A DNA stretch of 64,000 nt from positions 2,268,131-2,332,130 of the forward strand of contig CAJINV010000012.1 in NCBI GenBank assembly GCA_905178155.1. The letters are read 5' to 3'. Below, piece after piece: positions 36,213 through 49,302 of this stretch (position 1 is its first letter; every line of letters starts with the position of its first letter). The position numbers were made by a program, and so were the translations under genes. Below the pieces are notes generated by a model. The model was not told the DNA's origin, did no database searches, and saw only the letters and a list, made by a program, of their open reading frames with translations. The stretch comes from Amoebophrya sp. A120. Its lineage: Eukaryota; Protista; Dinoflagellata.

Positions 36213-37340
36213 GGGTAGAAAGTGGTAATGAACGAGGTGTGAAAGTGAACTACTAGTACACGGTCGCCGTTGAAGATACTTGTAACGCTAGGCTCAAAAT
36301 ATAATCTTTATTTGCGCCGTCACTAAGGCAATGGCAATGCAGATCTTCTTGTCAGAGCCCTTATCTCGTCGCCGCGTCCTCTCTCCATGTCCATAGTACG
36401 TATCTGTTGCAATACTCTCTCCACCTACCCTCGCGGAATCACCAAGCGTTGCGCGCTGGCTCACAAAAATAAAAAAGCGCACAGACATTACCGCATCACT
36501 AGGAGCAGAAACTACAAGAGCAAGACGCAACGAAGATGAAACGCCGCTCCGCGGCTTCTTTGATTACCAGCCCCATGGACCATCGAAGCACAACCGCGGT
36601 CCCCAGGTCGTGCTTAAACTCCTTTTATTTCGTTTTCGAAAATCAGACTCCATCTGAGTCTATCATTTTCGTGGTGCATTTTTCGGTTCATTTTACTTCT
36701 AGATGTGCCCCGTCCATTGTAGCTGCAGATTGTTGAAATTCTGTAATCTAGTTGTAGCCTTATATGCGAGCTACACCTTACAAGAGATTCTAGAAAAGTT
36801 GAAGTTTTAAGTTCTTGTCGAATGGAGGTGCATGCTTCTCAAAACTAGCAAGTTCTCTGACGAAGAAAATTTGGTTACGTAAAAACATAAAATAGCGCTA
36901 CGTGGTTTTTGAAAAGTTGTGAGGATTTGTTGAGTTCAAAATTGACGACAGAGCCACTGTGATTCTCTGTCGTCGCCATTGTTGATGCCGGTCTGTTACA
37001 GCAAAATATTGCTGCTGTAACGATGTAGTTTCTTGAAGACAAATAGAGTAGAAAAGTTCGCTATTAGAATGGAAATATCCTTGCCGTGCAGTAAACGTTC
37101 CACCAGGCAGCTGGTAGAACAAGAAGAAGATAACAAGTCACTGCTCATTTGTCATTCGTCACTAATTGAAAATGCCATACGTGGTAAGTAAATAAATAAG
37201 CGTGCTTGGAGCTGCTGCCAGCACCAGCTCCACCTCGTCCTGATAATAATCTACTTTTCATCAACATGATCATCAATTTCATGCATAACAAACTTCTGGT
37301 TCTGCCATACTGCATTACTCTCAGTCCAAGACAAAGAAGA

Positions 37341-38344
37341 TCACGCACAGTAGACCCACTCTCCGTTCAAATACACGCGGGAAAGCAGCTTTCCCCGGCC
37401 GTCTTGGGTCACCATGGTCATGCGCTTGAAGCGGTTTTGGGTCAGGTAGCGTTCCGCATTCGGCTTTTATCAAAAGAAAAAACCCCTCCTCCCCATATCG
37501 AAGCGGAAATCTGTGATACGGGATCTGTGTACACAAATCGGCTCTGTCTTGCAGTAGAGGACTGCAGGCAGATACAGAGCGGGAGTAGGGGCCTTTTGGT
37601 GTAGGCGTCAAGCAGGGCAGGCATATCCTCCGCAGGCCCTAAAGCATTACAATGGGCATGCAGGACACGGCAAGCTTTTTGGATTTGCGTTCTTGCAATA
37701 CAGAGACGATTTGTGGTCTCCTATCAGCATCACAAATTTTCAAAAGTATCCTGGTTTGGTATGGAGAGGGGGGATTTTTCCTCCCAATAGCTTTTCCGGC
37801 CAGGCCTCCGGGGCCGGTTTCAACGCAGTACCGGATTGGGTGCGGAGGAGGGTGGCTTGGCTGTGGTAAATGTAAATGATGTATACAACATAGTGTGGAC
37901 TAACATGAACGAAGGAAAGAAAGTTTGTTTCCTCTATCAAGCTAGGAGATCAGGAGTTCGAGTTTGTAGTGGGAAAACAGCATGACAATGAAATACGTGT
38001 GATTGGAAAACCAAAACAGCATGACAAATAATAAATACGTGTGATTCTGTTGCTTCTCGATGAGCTCCGCATATTTCTTCTCCGCTATCCTGTGCAAAAG
38101 TATCGCACTCGTAGTAATTGCATTCATGCATTACAAATCTTTCATTTGAGGTAAATCCGCATTGCAAATTTTGTTTCTCATGCTGAGAAAGTTTGTAATG
38201 CATTTATACGAGTACGATACTTTTGCAATGCATATCCGCGGACTGTCGACACTTCTTCTCCTTGGTAAACATGTACTTCCGCCAGGCGTCGTCTAAAAGC
38301 CAATTCTCGACCAAAGGCCCTTTGTTCGGACGCGGGACGGGCAT
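37341..38344 (-). CDS. Small basic hypothetical protein (~110 aa, 4 exons)
   Basis: MPVPRPNKGPLVENWLLDD...QSA|EKKYAELIEK...AWPEK|PNAERYL...EWVYCA*, assembled across two introners and one GT-AG intron. Confidence 0.65.
37468..37789. mobile_element. Introner family I
   Basis: TATCAAAAGAAAAAACCCCTCCTCCCCATA / TATGGAGAGGGGGGATTTTTCCTCCCAATA; TSD GCTTT. Confidence 0.85.
38086..38234. mobile_element. Introner family H
   Basis: Family H TIR; TSD TCCGC. Confidence 0.92.
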
Positions 38345-39297
38345 TTTTTATTTCTGGTGCCGCACGTGATGATGATCAAGTTCAACAAGCACAAGCTGAA
38401 ACTGAAAATAACCACTACTTAGAGAGGACACGCAAGAAGTAGACCTGGAGAGGCAGTCCTCACACTCACTCTGCTTTGTTTGGGAAAGCGAACCACCAAA
38501 AGAGGACGAATAAATTCGAAGTTCCAATTACGATTTTCATTTTTCTAGAATCTCAGTCTCTGTCCCATTTCCATTGAAGTCATCATGTTCTGTCTCACAC
38601 TCATCTTGTTCCTGTCACTCTAATGCCTACCGAAATTCGAGACGACAAAAACCCGGCTCCGCAACGAAACGAGCATCACGGAACAGGAGAACGGCAATTG
38701 GTGACTCCGACCATGGTCAAAAAGACACCCAATGAAGGTCTAGTACGTATTTCTGGAGCGGTCTCCGTTACTACTTTCTTACTGTTTGTTCTCAGTGTCG
38801 TGTTTTGCATACTTACTGTCAACCGAAGAACTAGAGTGCGCTACTGCAAGAAAATTATACTATCTTTTCTTGTGGTTTTACGATTTCCTGCTTCTACTTA
38901 TCATGAGAAAAGCCCATTTGAAAAAGCAAACTGTTATCCAACTTAGACTCGAAAGAGGCTGGCTCTTTGTTTCTTTCAAACTTCAACACTTTTCGCTTTG
39001 GTTCGTCTTGGTAAACTTTGTCTAGAAGTACTCTGAATATCTAATAATCGTTTTGGTTTTGGAAGTTCCATCGAGTTGTACTGAAGCGCAGACGGGGCGA
39101 GTAAAGCTTAGTGAGGTCGACGAGATTCGTCATTCTCTTACTTTGTTTTCAGCACATCGCCTTGCTACTCCGCTACCCGGTCTAAATTTCCGCTACTGCC
39201 CAGCTGCCCGTTCTTGGTCCACCTCCTTTCCTGCCCGTCTTCGTCCAGTTCGAATGATAAACCCGAATTCAGCCTGCCGATTGTTTTCCCCGTGGCG

Positions 39298-40015
39298 CTA
39301 CTTATTGCTACGGACTCGGATTTTTGTCTGCTTATTGACATGGAGGGCGAGATCTGTCCCTCGCCGGGCACCATCTTTCTCCAGATCTGGATGATTTTTT
39401 ATGTGAGAAGAACTGGGTTTTTTGTCATAAAAGACCTGGGTTGAAAAAATGGTTCTCATTCTGTCATCATGCGTAATGCAACTACACAAGGCACTGTTGA
39501 AACCAATAGTACAGTTGTAGAAACAACAAAATACGTCGCCGTCTGCCCATATGATTGTCGTCATGTCGCCGTCTATCTGAAAGGTCCCACCAAAACTCTC
39601 CGCGTCGGTGTCTGACGCCGCGCCGGTTTGCTTGACATCTGATAATTTGTCATGTCGGATTGGATTTGAAAACACCACTTCTTGCGAACAAGAAAAGCGA
39701 GCATGACACACTCATGACAAGAAAATCAGCATCATGCACAACATGATCATGTTCCATCGGATGCGTCACAACAAAAACGTCTTTATCAGTACTGAAATTC
39801 ACGTGTATTCTCCCGTCGTCCGTTTTGTCTGCGCTTAAATTTCCGTATATTGCTGTTTCCCCGAGAAACCAAACCTGATCCGCTTCTACTACGAGGAAGT
39901 CCTGGTCCGAGGTTTGCCATCTGCCCTGCAACAAGTCCATACAATCGTCGTCGTCGACATCCTGCGTTACGGCGAGGGACTGATCGGGCCCGGGGGGCAC
40001 CGGGAGAGTGGACAT
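39298..40015 (-). CDS. Small acidic hypothetical protein (probably 3 exons)
   Basis: Overlapping ORFs 39650-40015 and 39298-39711 carry protein-like segments (LQGRWQT, GGTFQIDGDMTTIIWADGD). The first intron's boundaries are unclear. Confidence 0.45.
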
Positions 40016-41105
40016 GAGAAGTGGGCAACAAAATACGAAATCCGATTTTCAAAGAAAAAAAAATATTCAACTTGCCTTCTCGGAAATTAAATCAATGACG
40101 CGCCCTTCTTTTCCTCCAATTTCTTTTGCTGCAAAGATCGTAGTGCCACTACTTCATGAAAGACGGACGACACAAAAAAATCAGGATAAAAACGCAAAGC
40201 TTTCCTATGATGCATGCTACCAGAAGTTGAAGCGAACTACATAGCGATAGGCCCCCTCGCCAATAATATTTTTGTGCAGAATTAAGCCACACTCAGACCG
40301 ACTGGAGGTGATTGAAACAAAAAAGAAAGCCTCGTACGGCAAAAAAGAAGAAAGAACCGAAATTATTGGAGCTGTTGGGTGTGATAGACTTGATATTGTT
40401 GTCCACGGGACATCAGGCTTCAGCACACAAAAAGAACCCCTAGTTGCGTCACATTAGTGAATGCCGACATGCCGACATTCTCATTCTTCCGAGGCGATCT
40501 GCACCAACGAGAACCAAGGTTACAAGCTATCTACTACATGGTAAAACAAGAGTGTTGAACATGCGCAAACAAGATGTTAATGTTGTGTTTCATTCCATCC
40601 CATCAATGAGCGCCAATCGTTTGCTGTTCGCCTCTACTTAGGGCAAACAAGTAAAAATTGTTGACAGTCAAAACTTACTCTTACATAAAAAATCCGTAAA
40701 GATCTAGATGACCATGAAGGTGAAGCGCGCTATGCCTCCCATTAACGATAATGGAGAGTACGTACTGAAGAAGTGCAGAAGTGTTTGTGTTTAGAGAAAA
40801 TGCATTCCTATAAGGACTTACCGTGAGAAAGATGCGGAAGCGATACGACGAATAGAAGAACATAAACATAACATTGAACGTGAACGGTCGTGAGTACGTA
40901 AAAGTGGATTTCTTGATAAGTATAAAGCCCTAAAATAACCTGAACGTGAACGTCTAACGAACACTTCCGGGCACCCTGAAGCGGCGGCGCTAGCTATCAA
41001 AAACCTGGGAAAAAAATGCTTGGTGCCAGTTGAGCCCGGGGGCGGTCGTGAGTACCTAAAAAAAAACAAAAAGCGAAGCCGCTTTCTTTGCGGCCCCCGG
41101 TAGTA

Positions 41106-44100
41106 TCACTTGCTCTCGGTCTTGTCGTCAAGAAGATCAGGAGTACTAAATCTCTGTTCGGCGGGTAGTCCGAAGTTCTTTACCAACAGTGTGTACGTCG
41201 GGTCATCAGACTTAATCTCTTTCTCGACCCAACCTGCGGTGTCTCGTTTTTTTTTTGTGCCCCCATCCACCCCTTCCATGTGCTTATGTTTACCGCATTC
41301 GAATTTCGTTTTTAGCCAGACTTCTCGCTGTACTTGTCTAGGGTCCGACCAAGCCAAATCGGACTCCGCCATAGAGAGTTTCACTTCCTGAGCCACCTTG
41401 TCGTCGTCCTTTATCGCCTTTACCGGCTGAGCAAGTCTTTGCACGAAGAGCTGCAGGTCGTCGATCTTCTCACGGCGCGTTTCCCCATCCATCGTGTGAC
41501 CATCTTTTCCTGTAGCTGTACCTACTTTCGCCTTCAATCGGTGTTCACTCAACTCGTTTTCAAAATTGCTGAGCGCGCCTCGTGCAGAGTTCTTGACCTC
41601 TACCTTGCCGTAGTCCGCGCTCCCCTTTTTGGCCTTCACAGGCACCATGAACTCATCCCAAAACTTTTCGAGAAACACGAGGCACTGGTCCGGATTCCTT
41701 TGGAGGAGAAGGTCAACATCGTGGACGCCCAGGTCTGCGCTTCGCAGCGCATCAAGAAGTCTGGCCAAATACCTAGCCGGGCGATCTCGGCCACGCGAAG
41801 AAAAAGCATCGCTGTCCGCTTCCATCTCCTCCACCAAATATTCCGGGTTTGTTTTGGGCTTTTTTCCATCGCTAAAGGCTCTTTGAACCAACATCTTGAT
41901 GTGCTGTTTTATATCTTGTGGCCCCTCACTGCTTCGCCCCAAACGCGGCATTGTAAAAAGAGGCGGAGTTGGGTCTTTACAATTCTCGCATCCGCCTAAC
42001 ACTTCGCGCAACCACGCGGCAGCGGTCGTAGGATTCCCGGGTTTGGGTTCAAGAATCTTTGGCAGAGGAATCCGGTGATTACCTCCAAAACCGTCGCAAA
42101 GAGGCTCCAATCGGAGCTCGCCTGTCCTACAATTCGTCAGCGCATCTAGGTAAGCTGTTATCTGGTGCGCCTTTCTGTGACCATCCTTGCCCGTCGCGAC
42201 ATCCGTGAGAACCTTCTCCATGAAGTTGGTTAAAACATTGTTGCTCGGAAGCTCCTGCAGCCTGTCTCTTTCCGGATCGTAACGAGCCATGTTCCAAGCA
42301 ATGCTCTCCAACATCTCCTTCCCGTATTCTGCATCCACGGACGATTTCAATGGCGAACTCAGTAGAGATTTGATTTTGTCTCGGGCTGTGGAGTCGTCCG
42401 CTGTGCCCGGCAGCATTACCTTCGCGCCCCCGTCAAGGGTGAATGGTACAAGATAGTCGGACAACACTCCCGCAAGGGCGCGCTTCCGCTTCTCCTTCAG
42501 TGTCACTGATGCGTCGGCCTCGGTACCCGCTGCCCCTGCGTTCTGGTGCATTAGCGAAAGGGCTACCAGCTCCTTGCCGAGAGTATCCTGTCGCTTCCGT
42601 GGACTACTCCTGCTCACAGCATCAGCACCATCAAGATCAAGGTCACCTCGTCCAAACCCCGTTTCCATCGTCAGAAAAGCGATCAGCTGCTCATGGGTTG
42701 CAAACGCGGATTCTGGTGCAGCTGCGGGTGCTCCAGAGGTGCTCGTCGTGCCGTAGCCCACCTCGTAGGCGAAAAGCTTCGGCGCCAGAAATTGCAGAAA
42801 GTCTCCCGGCGTGTTCCGGGCGTTCCCGGCAATTGCATTGGTTTTAACCCACGATAACAGAGGGAAACTTTCGGTCGCGGAGTTCTCAGCCGTGGACCCG
42901 ATGGAGCGAAGCAGAGCAAGGCAAGAATTGTGCTCGTGCCGCAAATCAGAAATCTTTGGATCTTGGGAGCAAACCGACTTTACAACATCCTTTACGTTAA
43001 TGAGCATGGCTTTCGCGGTGTCTTTCTCCTCTGGTACTGGCCGTGGCAGTGGTTCTCGCGCGGGGTCGACCTCCGGGGCTTGTGGTAGGTCTTCGGTATC
43101 GGGAGCTAGAAGATGATCCGGTAAGCTGCTTTTGGACGCACCAGGAGCCGCGCCTAGTATCGCCGGTAAGGTCGCGGCCCTACGCGGCGGCTGGCGCTGG
43201 GGCTCTCCCTCTGCTGGGTCTGCCTTTGCTGGTGGTGGTGGAGGGGGCGCGTCCGGTGGAGGTAGTGGTGGTCGTTCTCGTTGTAAGGGTTCCTCGCCGC
43301 GACCGGACGATGCTTTCTTAAGCTTTGCTTCTTCGGGACGATCATGCTCTGTTTCTTCGGCATCACCAGCTGGTGCAGACGCCACAGCCACGTTCTCTCG
43401 TCCTTCCTCGCGTGGTGGAGGATCACTACCTGCTTGTGTGGTGGAAGCGCCAGCATCTGGAACGGTCACGGTAGAACCAGGACCCGCACCGGGAGCACCG
43501 CTGTCATCTCCAATGCCCCCTTCAGCAATTGCTCCTGATCTCGCAAGTTGCGTCTCCAAAAACGCTAGGCGTTTGTGTATCTTGTCAATCCCCGCGGCAA
43601 TGTGCAACTGGAGAACGGCAGAGGCAGTTGACGCAACATCCACGTCCTCCACACCACTGCCTGTCGCCCCCGATTCCGCCTTAACATCACCCTCCGTTGA
43701 CTTCTTCTTGTTTTTTCGAGAACTCGAACCAAAATCCGCATCGCTTTCCGACGACTTCTTCTTGTTTTTGCGACGCGACGACCGGCGCTTCTTGCTTCCA
43801 CCCCCGCCCTTCAGTTTCGTCTTCGACTTCTGTTCGTCTACTTGTTTCTCGCCGCCACCTGGCCCATCAGCAGGTTCGTTCTTACTTCCACTTTTTTCTA
43901 GCATCGTCGCCCGTTTGTACGCCGCCACGACCTCCTTATCCAACTGGTCGTCCTCGTCTTTCAAGAAGGCGTACTGGTTATGCATTGCAAACATGTCTGG
44001 GTCTGGAGGAGTGCAAGGTTTGCCATGCTTGTCTGGCATGAGTACGGAGTTTGTGATGCGTGTCTAAGAAAAGACGCTTTCGCTTGTCATGCAAAGTCAT

Positions 44101-44335
44101 GCGAAAAACGCAACACAAAGCCTCCCAAATATTTCTCATGCTTGGCTGTGCATTAGAGATACAGAGCATTGGTGTTCCCGATTCACAGCCCAGCATAAGC
44201 ATTACAAGTTTCCAGTCCCAGACACATTTGCATTTGATACTGATCCTCAGTCGCCGTGGCGGCGACCAGCACGGGCGGTGATAGCAGGCAAGAGGTGCTC
44301 CCGGCGACCCGTACGAAAGTTTTGGTACGAGGCAT
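41106..44335 (-). CDS. Large hypothetical protein (Lys-rich and Pro-rich N-terminal part, helical C-terminal part)
   Basis: The 977-aa ORF joins upstream exon MPRTKTFVRVAG...TEDQ across introner 43979-44239. No domain was recognised. Confidence 0.7.
43979..44239. mobile_element. Introner family A
   Basis: Family A TIR; TSD CTGGT/CTGAT. Confidence 0.88.
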
Positions 44336-46614
44336 GTTGTCGAAGGCGGTGTAGTTGACGCGGTTCGTTCTTTTTTTTTACTGGTTATTTCCAGAACAAA
44401 TATCTTTTACCAGGGCGTCAAGATCAAGAATGAGAATGTCCGAGAGGACGATTCCAGACTGCAGCGTGTTCTTCGCTGTCTTGCGTTGTTTGTCGGAGTT
44501 GCTGTTTGTGTCGTCTAAACGTCGAAAAACGGAAATGGATGAGCAGCTACTTCTACTTCGCCTGATCGTGAGCTCTGCTGGTTTGAGATGAGAGTGGTAG
44601 ACAGCTGCGAGTGGTGCGTTTATATGTCGAAAATGGAAAATGAGTGAGTACTCGTTCTTCAAACAACAGGTTTTTTGGGTAAGGTTAAATGAAAATTGTG
44701 GGATGTCGTAATTTGTGAAAGAATTCCTCATCGGGAAACTGTGTCGTTAGTTGCAAACGAAGATAAGAAATACGAGCACCAGGCCGGAGAAAACAACATC
44801 AACCCTTTGCTCGCCTCTTATGGCCTGCGAGTGACTGTCTGACATATACAGAAAACATATGGGGTCGTCAACGTTGTATTTGCCTCAGACCGTAAAAAAA
44901 ATTCTGCGCGCATTTTTTCGCGGCGCAAAGCTAGTAAACCTGTGCACGCTAGTGAGGGGCTGACTTGAACGCGGTTTGTTTTACCTAGCTTGTCAGCAAC
45001 ACTGCTCCAGTAGGTAAGTGAGTATTGACGCGAAGGGGGGCGGGGCGCTGGGGGTTCTTCTGTGGCTGATGTTTCCACCTAGAAAACGCCGGGCGCGCGC
45101 AATATTTTTCTCATTTTTCCGGATTGCTCTCTCCGTGCAGCTATTTGCCGCTATGGCCTGGGTCAGCGTGTGAGGCTGGAAACGCCCCGCGAGATGTCTA
45201 CACAGGCCCTGGCCTCGTCGTCTCTAGCAGGCACCACGCACACATGTTGGCCGCGAAGGCCTTTCCGGAGCCCTTCCAAAAAGGGGGAGCCGGAGGGGTG
45301 CCCGGAACCCTAAAAAAAGCCTATTGCTTTTTCTTCGAATCACGATGGTGCTACCCCTCCCCAAAAGGGGTCCCGGAACCCCTCTGGGAACCCTTCCCGA
45401 AAGGCTCTCGGGCTTTTCGCATTTTGCCGAAAAAGCCGCAAAGGCAAAATGCGCGCGCGCCTGCCGGTACACGCGTGCACAGCTGCGCGACATTAGAAAC
45501 AAGGGGAGGCGCAGCCGCGGCCGATTCCGTTTGCGCCCTCGACTCCGACCGACTTGCACAGATTGAGGCCCATTGTCTAGCGGCTGGACTGCAAGAGGAC
45601 CTGCTGCAGCACCTCCTGGCTGCAGGGGCGCTCCGAGGCAAGTCCGTGGAGCAGCAGCGCCGGATAGCTCCGTCTTTAGCCACTGAGAAGCGCTGCGAAT
45701 AGGCTAGCGATTTCATTAGGTGTGCAACATAGTGGGGGGCTATACGTGTGCAACATGATGGATATCAAATACAAAAAAAGGCGCGCGGAAAATTTTTTAC
45801 AGCTTGAGGCAAATACAAGTTTGACGACGCCATAAAACAACATCAAGATTGATACGACGACGCTTACTTGCTTTTCAACGCACGAGACCGAAACTTGCAC
45901 GTTTATTTTGGGGTGCAGTTCACGACGGACAAACATTTTTAAACGCAGTACGACAAAATGAATACGACAAGATTTGTTCTGGCTCACTTACTTACGAACG
46001 GGAACGAAAGCGACACTGGACGAGATACAAATTACGGTCCACCGACTAAGCAGCCCTTGAAGTTGGACCAAAAAGGTAGAGTCCACTACTGCTCCATGTT
46101 ACCGACACCGAGACGATATGGGTATGAGAAAAGCGAACGTACTTACTTTGGCTTTGCTCAATAACAATAACAAGCACGATGAGGCTCCATGAAACGGAGC
46201 AGACGCAGACCGAACGGCTACTTACACGCGAAGGTGACGAAGCAATTCGCTAGAAAAGAGCGGGTCCGCCCTGCTTTGCTGCTGGTACAGCTTCTACTTG
46301 AAGAGTTCTTCTCGATGTTGTCGCTTTTTGCGTTCGCTGCGATAATTCTTCGAAACTGAATGTTGGAGTTGCGGTCTTTATTGTTCACAGGCTAGTAGAA
46401 GCGCGGCTTTGAACTTTTATGACAATCGCTGCAAGGGCTGCTTCTTCCTTTCAAAGCAAAAAATCTATGTTTTGCTCCTGCTTTAAGGATTTTTGCGGCA
46501 CATCATCTGGCGGCGTAAGTAGGATGCTCATGAACGAACCTCACCTCGTCCCTCTCCCTGAGCAATTACCACTTCACTCGTGGTGAAAGCCAGCACGACC
46601 TGCTCACCCAAAAC

Positions 46615-48541
46615 TCACATCATATCATCCCCTGGCATGTCGAACTTTCCAATGTTGTCAATATCGGACTGCTTCGGCCCGCCCGGCTGGTACGCTTTTG
46701 ACATTGCCTCGCCGATGATGCGTTTCATGCTGTCGTCACCCTCATCGTACATGTCTTTCATCATGCTCATGATCCCGCCCGTTGCATCCGCCGCTTTCCC
46801 CTTGTTCGCCTGTTTTTCGTCCTCTCGCTTTCGCCGCCCCCCGACGTCCGTCCAGGTCTCGTAGCTGATAGTGTTTTTGTAGTTGTACTTTTGCATGACA
46901 AGATTTACAGCTCCCCCTCTTTGTGCACCATGCCACAGCAGATAAACGTGCTGAGTAAAAGTAAATTCCCTTGCAGCTATAGAATTATTCTATCATAGTC
47001 TTTCGAGTTCGAAGTACAACTCAAATAGGAGATGCATCAAAGAAAAAATCCTTTACTTACCCCATCGTTCCTCCCTCCACCTTCTGCATGGTGATGAGCA
47101 CGTGATTTTTCTTCACCGAGTGCGACGATTTTGCCGCCACGATGTCGTTATGAAATGCAAAAGAATCGTACTAGTATAAATTGCATTACAAATTCACGTA
47201 GCATTACAAATCAAATTTGTAATGCGGATTTGCCTTAGTAAAGAGATTTGTAATGCATAAACGCAATTGGTACGAGTACGATACTTTTGCACTCGATAGT
47301 CGTGCTGCAACGCGGTTCTTCTGAACCGGTAGTTTACCCTGTTATGGGTGTGTCAGGATTGAAATCGACAAAGTTGAAATAGTTTGCGATGCATAAAATG
47401 CAACGCAGAAATTGTCTCTATTGCAAACGATGCAAGGGAGGCAGATTACAAGCCTGCTGTGGGGTAGAAATAGAGCTGCTAAAGTAGCATGACAAAAGGC
47501 GTCGTCCTTACCCAAACAGCATGACAAACTGGATTTAGGCTCTACCCAAGTTTGTCATGCGCCACTTGGAAACTGGGCTTCAACTGGCATCCATTTTATG
47601 CATGGCAAATTATTTCAACTTTGACGATTTCAAACCTGACGCTTCCATACCCGTCCAGGTTTTTCACTTTCACATCCAAACTCATCCGGGTGAACTCCGT
47701 TGTGATGTTATCAAAATGAAAAATCCCCCCACCCCATACGCGAACTTGAAATTTGTGATGCAGATTTGTGGCCCTGGCCACAAATCTTCAGCTTTGTCAT
47801 GCTAGAAGGGAAAAGATGCGGACTGTAGTGCTGGTTGGCGTGGGCAAGCCTTGCATCTTCAGCATGACATGGGGTAGCTGGGAGTGGGAAACAGCATGAC
47901 AAATTGCCTGCAAATGAGGCCACAGCTGCGTCTCTTGGCCTTCTAGCATTACAAGTCGACTTGTGTACTCAAATACAGCATCACAAATTTCGTTTTCGAT
48001 ATGGGGAGGGGGGATTTTTCATTCTGATAGATGTTTTCGGCTGGCAGATTTTCCACGCCTTTGAGCCGCAAGTCCACGACGACCTCCTTGTCGTTGTACC
48101 CACCGCCCTTTTTCATCTCGTAGATGCTCACCTCGGTCCACCTGAGAGATTTTTAGGAGTTTGTTTGTATGTAGGGAGTTTGGTATGCAAAATCAAAATG
48201 AGCCGTTCCTCTTCCTCGTTACATCAGGAGATCATGGTGGTCATCTTCAAGACACTACTTACATATTAATATTTCCAAGTAGAAGAGGCCACTACTTACT
48301 TCAAATTCGCGTCCGATGAGGCGCTGGCGCCAGCTGGCGCTGCACTCGCCTCGCCGTGGGTCTTCAATACGTCCATCGCACCCGTATCGTCGTCCAACAC
48401 CACCGGTTTCGGCCGGGTTTTCTCGATCTGCGCCTTGCTCTGCTGGATTTGGCTGGTTAAGAAGTCTTTTACCAGTGGTCTCTTCGCGTGTTCCACGAGC
48501 TGCTCGAGCTCGGCGACATCGAGTTCCGAAAGGCCGCCCAT
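46615..48541 (-). CDS. CACYBP: Calcyclin-binding protein / Siah-interacting protein (N-terminal helix, CS and SGS domains)
   Basis: N-terminal DVAELEQLVEHAKRPLVKDFL, CS domain and C-terminal GIMSMMKDMYDEGDDSMKRIIGEA. GT-AG introns at 48142-48299 and 46865-47060, plus three introners. Confidence 0.85.
47149..47298. mobile_element. Introner family H
   Basis: Family H TIR; TSD GTCGT. Confidence 0.9.
47343..47649. mobile_element. Introner family G
   Basis: Homologous to 17186-17496; TSD CCTGT/CCCGT. Confidence 0.9.
47709..48029. mobile_element. Introner family I
   Basis: TATCAAAATGAAAAATCCCCCCACCCCATA / TATGGGGAGGGGGGATTTTTCATTCTGATA; TSD GATGT. Confidence 0.9.
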
Positions 48542-49286
48542 TTTCGTATAAAATTTGTGGCTGACGCTCTATGTCTATTGGTACTTATGCGGACTTCGAA
48601 AAACCAGTATGGCCTAGTGCTGGTAGACGATCAACGCTACAGAATCAAGAAACTAGGGATGCAACTAGTGAGTCGTATGTCTACTTCGGAACAACTACAG
48701 AACAGATCCTGCTTGCAAAACCAGTGACTGAGTACAAGAGAAAGATCAGCTCAAAAAGACCGTAGAAAAGGTGGAAATGGAAGATCAGATGTGTCGCAGG
48801 GTCCTTCAGTTGGCCTCGATGCAGAAGTTGTGAGGTGTGTGATTGAAGATCCAAGAATCGCTTGAAAGATGAGGACCAGGTGAACCTGGTCCAAGAGCAA
48901 AAGAAATGCTGCCAGTCGTCTTCAAAAAATGAAGGACGATGAGGTACAGACTGGAACATTTTTCTCTGGCCCCCTGCACAGAGACAACAACTCGACTAGT
49001 GGAAGGTCGGAGTTTTGGTTCAACACTTTTTTTCCATTTCAATTCCTTTATGCTGATGATCATACGATGAATCACACATGTACTAGCCGAATCCTTTCTC
49101 GGCCTTCCGGGGAATATGTTCTTTGCTTACTCGCCTTATTTCAACTTGTTCGCAGCATTTTTCTAGTCATTTGCAAGAAAAAGCTGTAGTAGGAATTTTC
49201 TATACCCGTGATAATTAAAACAACGCGTAGGGGTGGATAGTTTATGACCTTAAATTTCATAAACTACTTCTATCTCCACCTAAAAA

Positions 49287-49302
49287 CACACACACACACA
49301 CA
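49287..49302. repeat. (CA)8 microsatellite
   Basis: Directly visible. Confidence 0.8.

Noticed and set aside
26229-38234. Family H length (~150 bp) equal to one nucleosome
   Set aside because: Other families span 109-322 bp and exon lengths show no clear periodicity here, so there is too little support.
43132-44067. Long plus-strand ORFs (also 19825-20433, 51589-52152 and others)
   Set aside because: Antisense shadows of GC-rich minus-strand genes.
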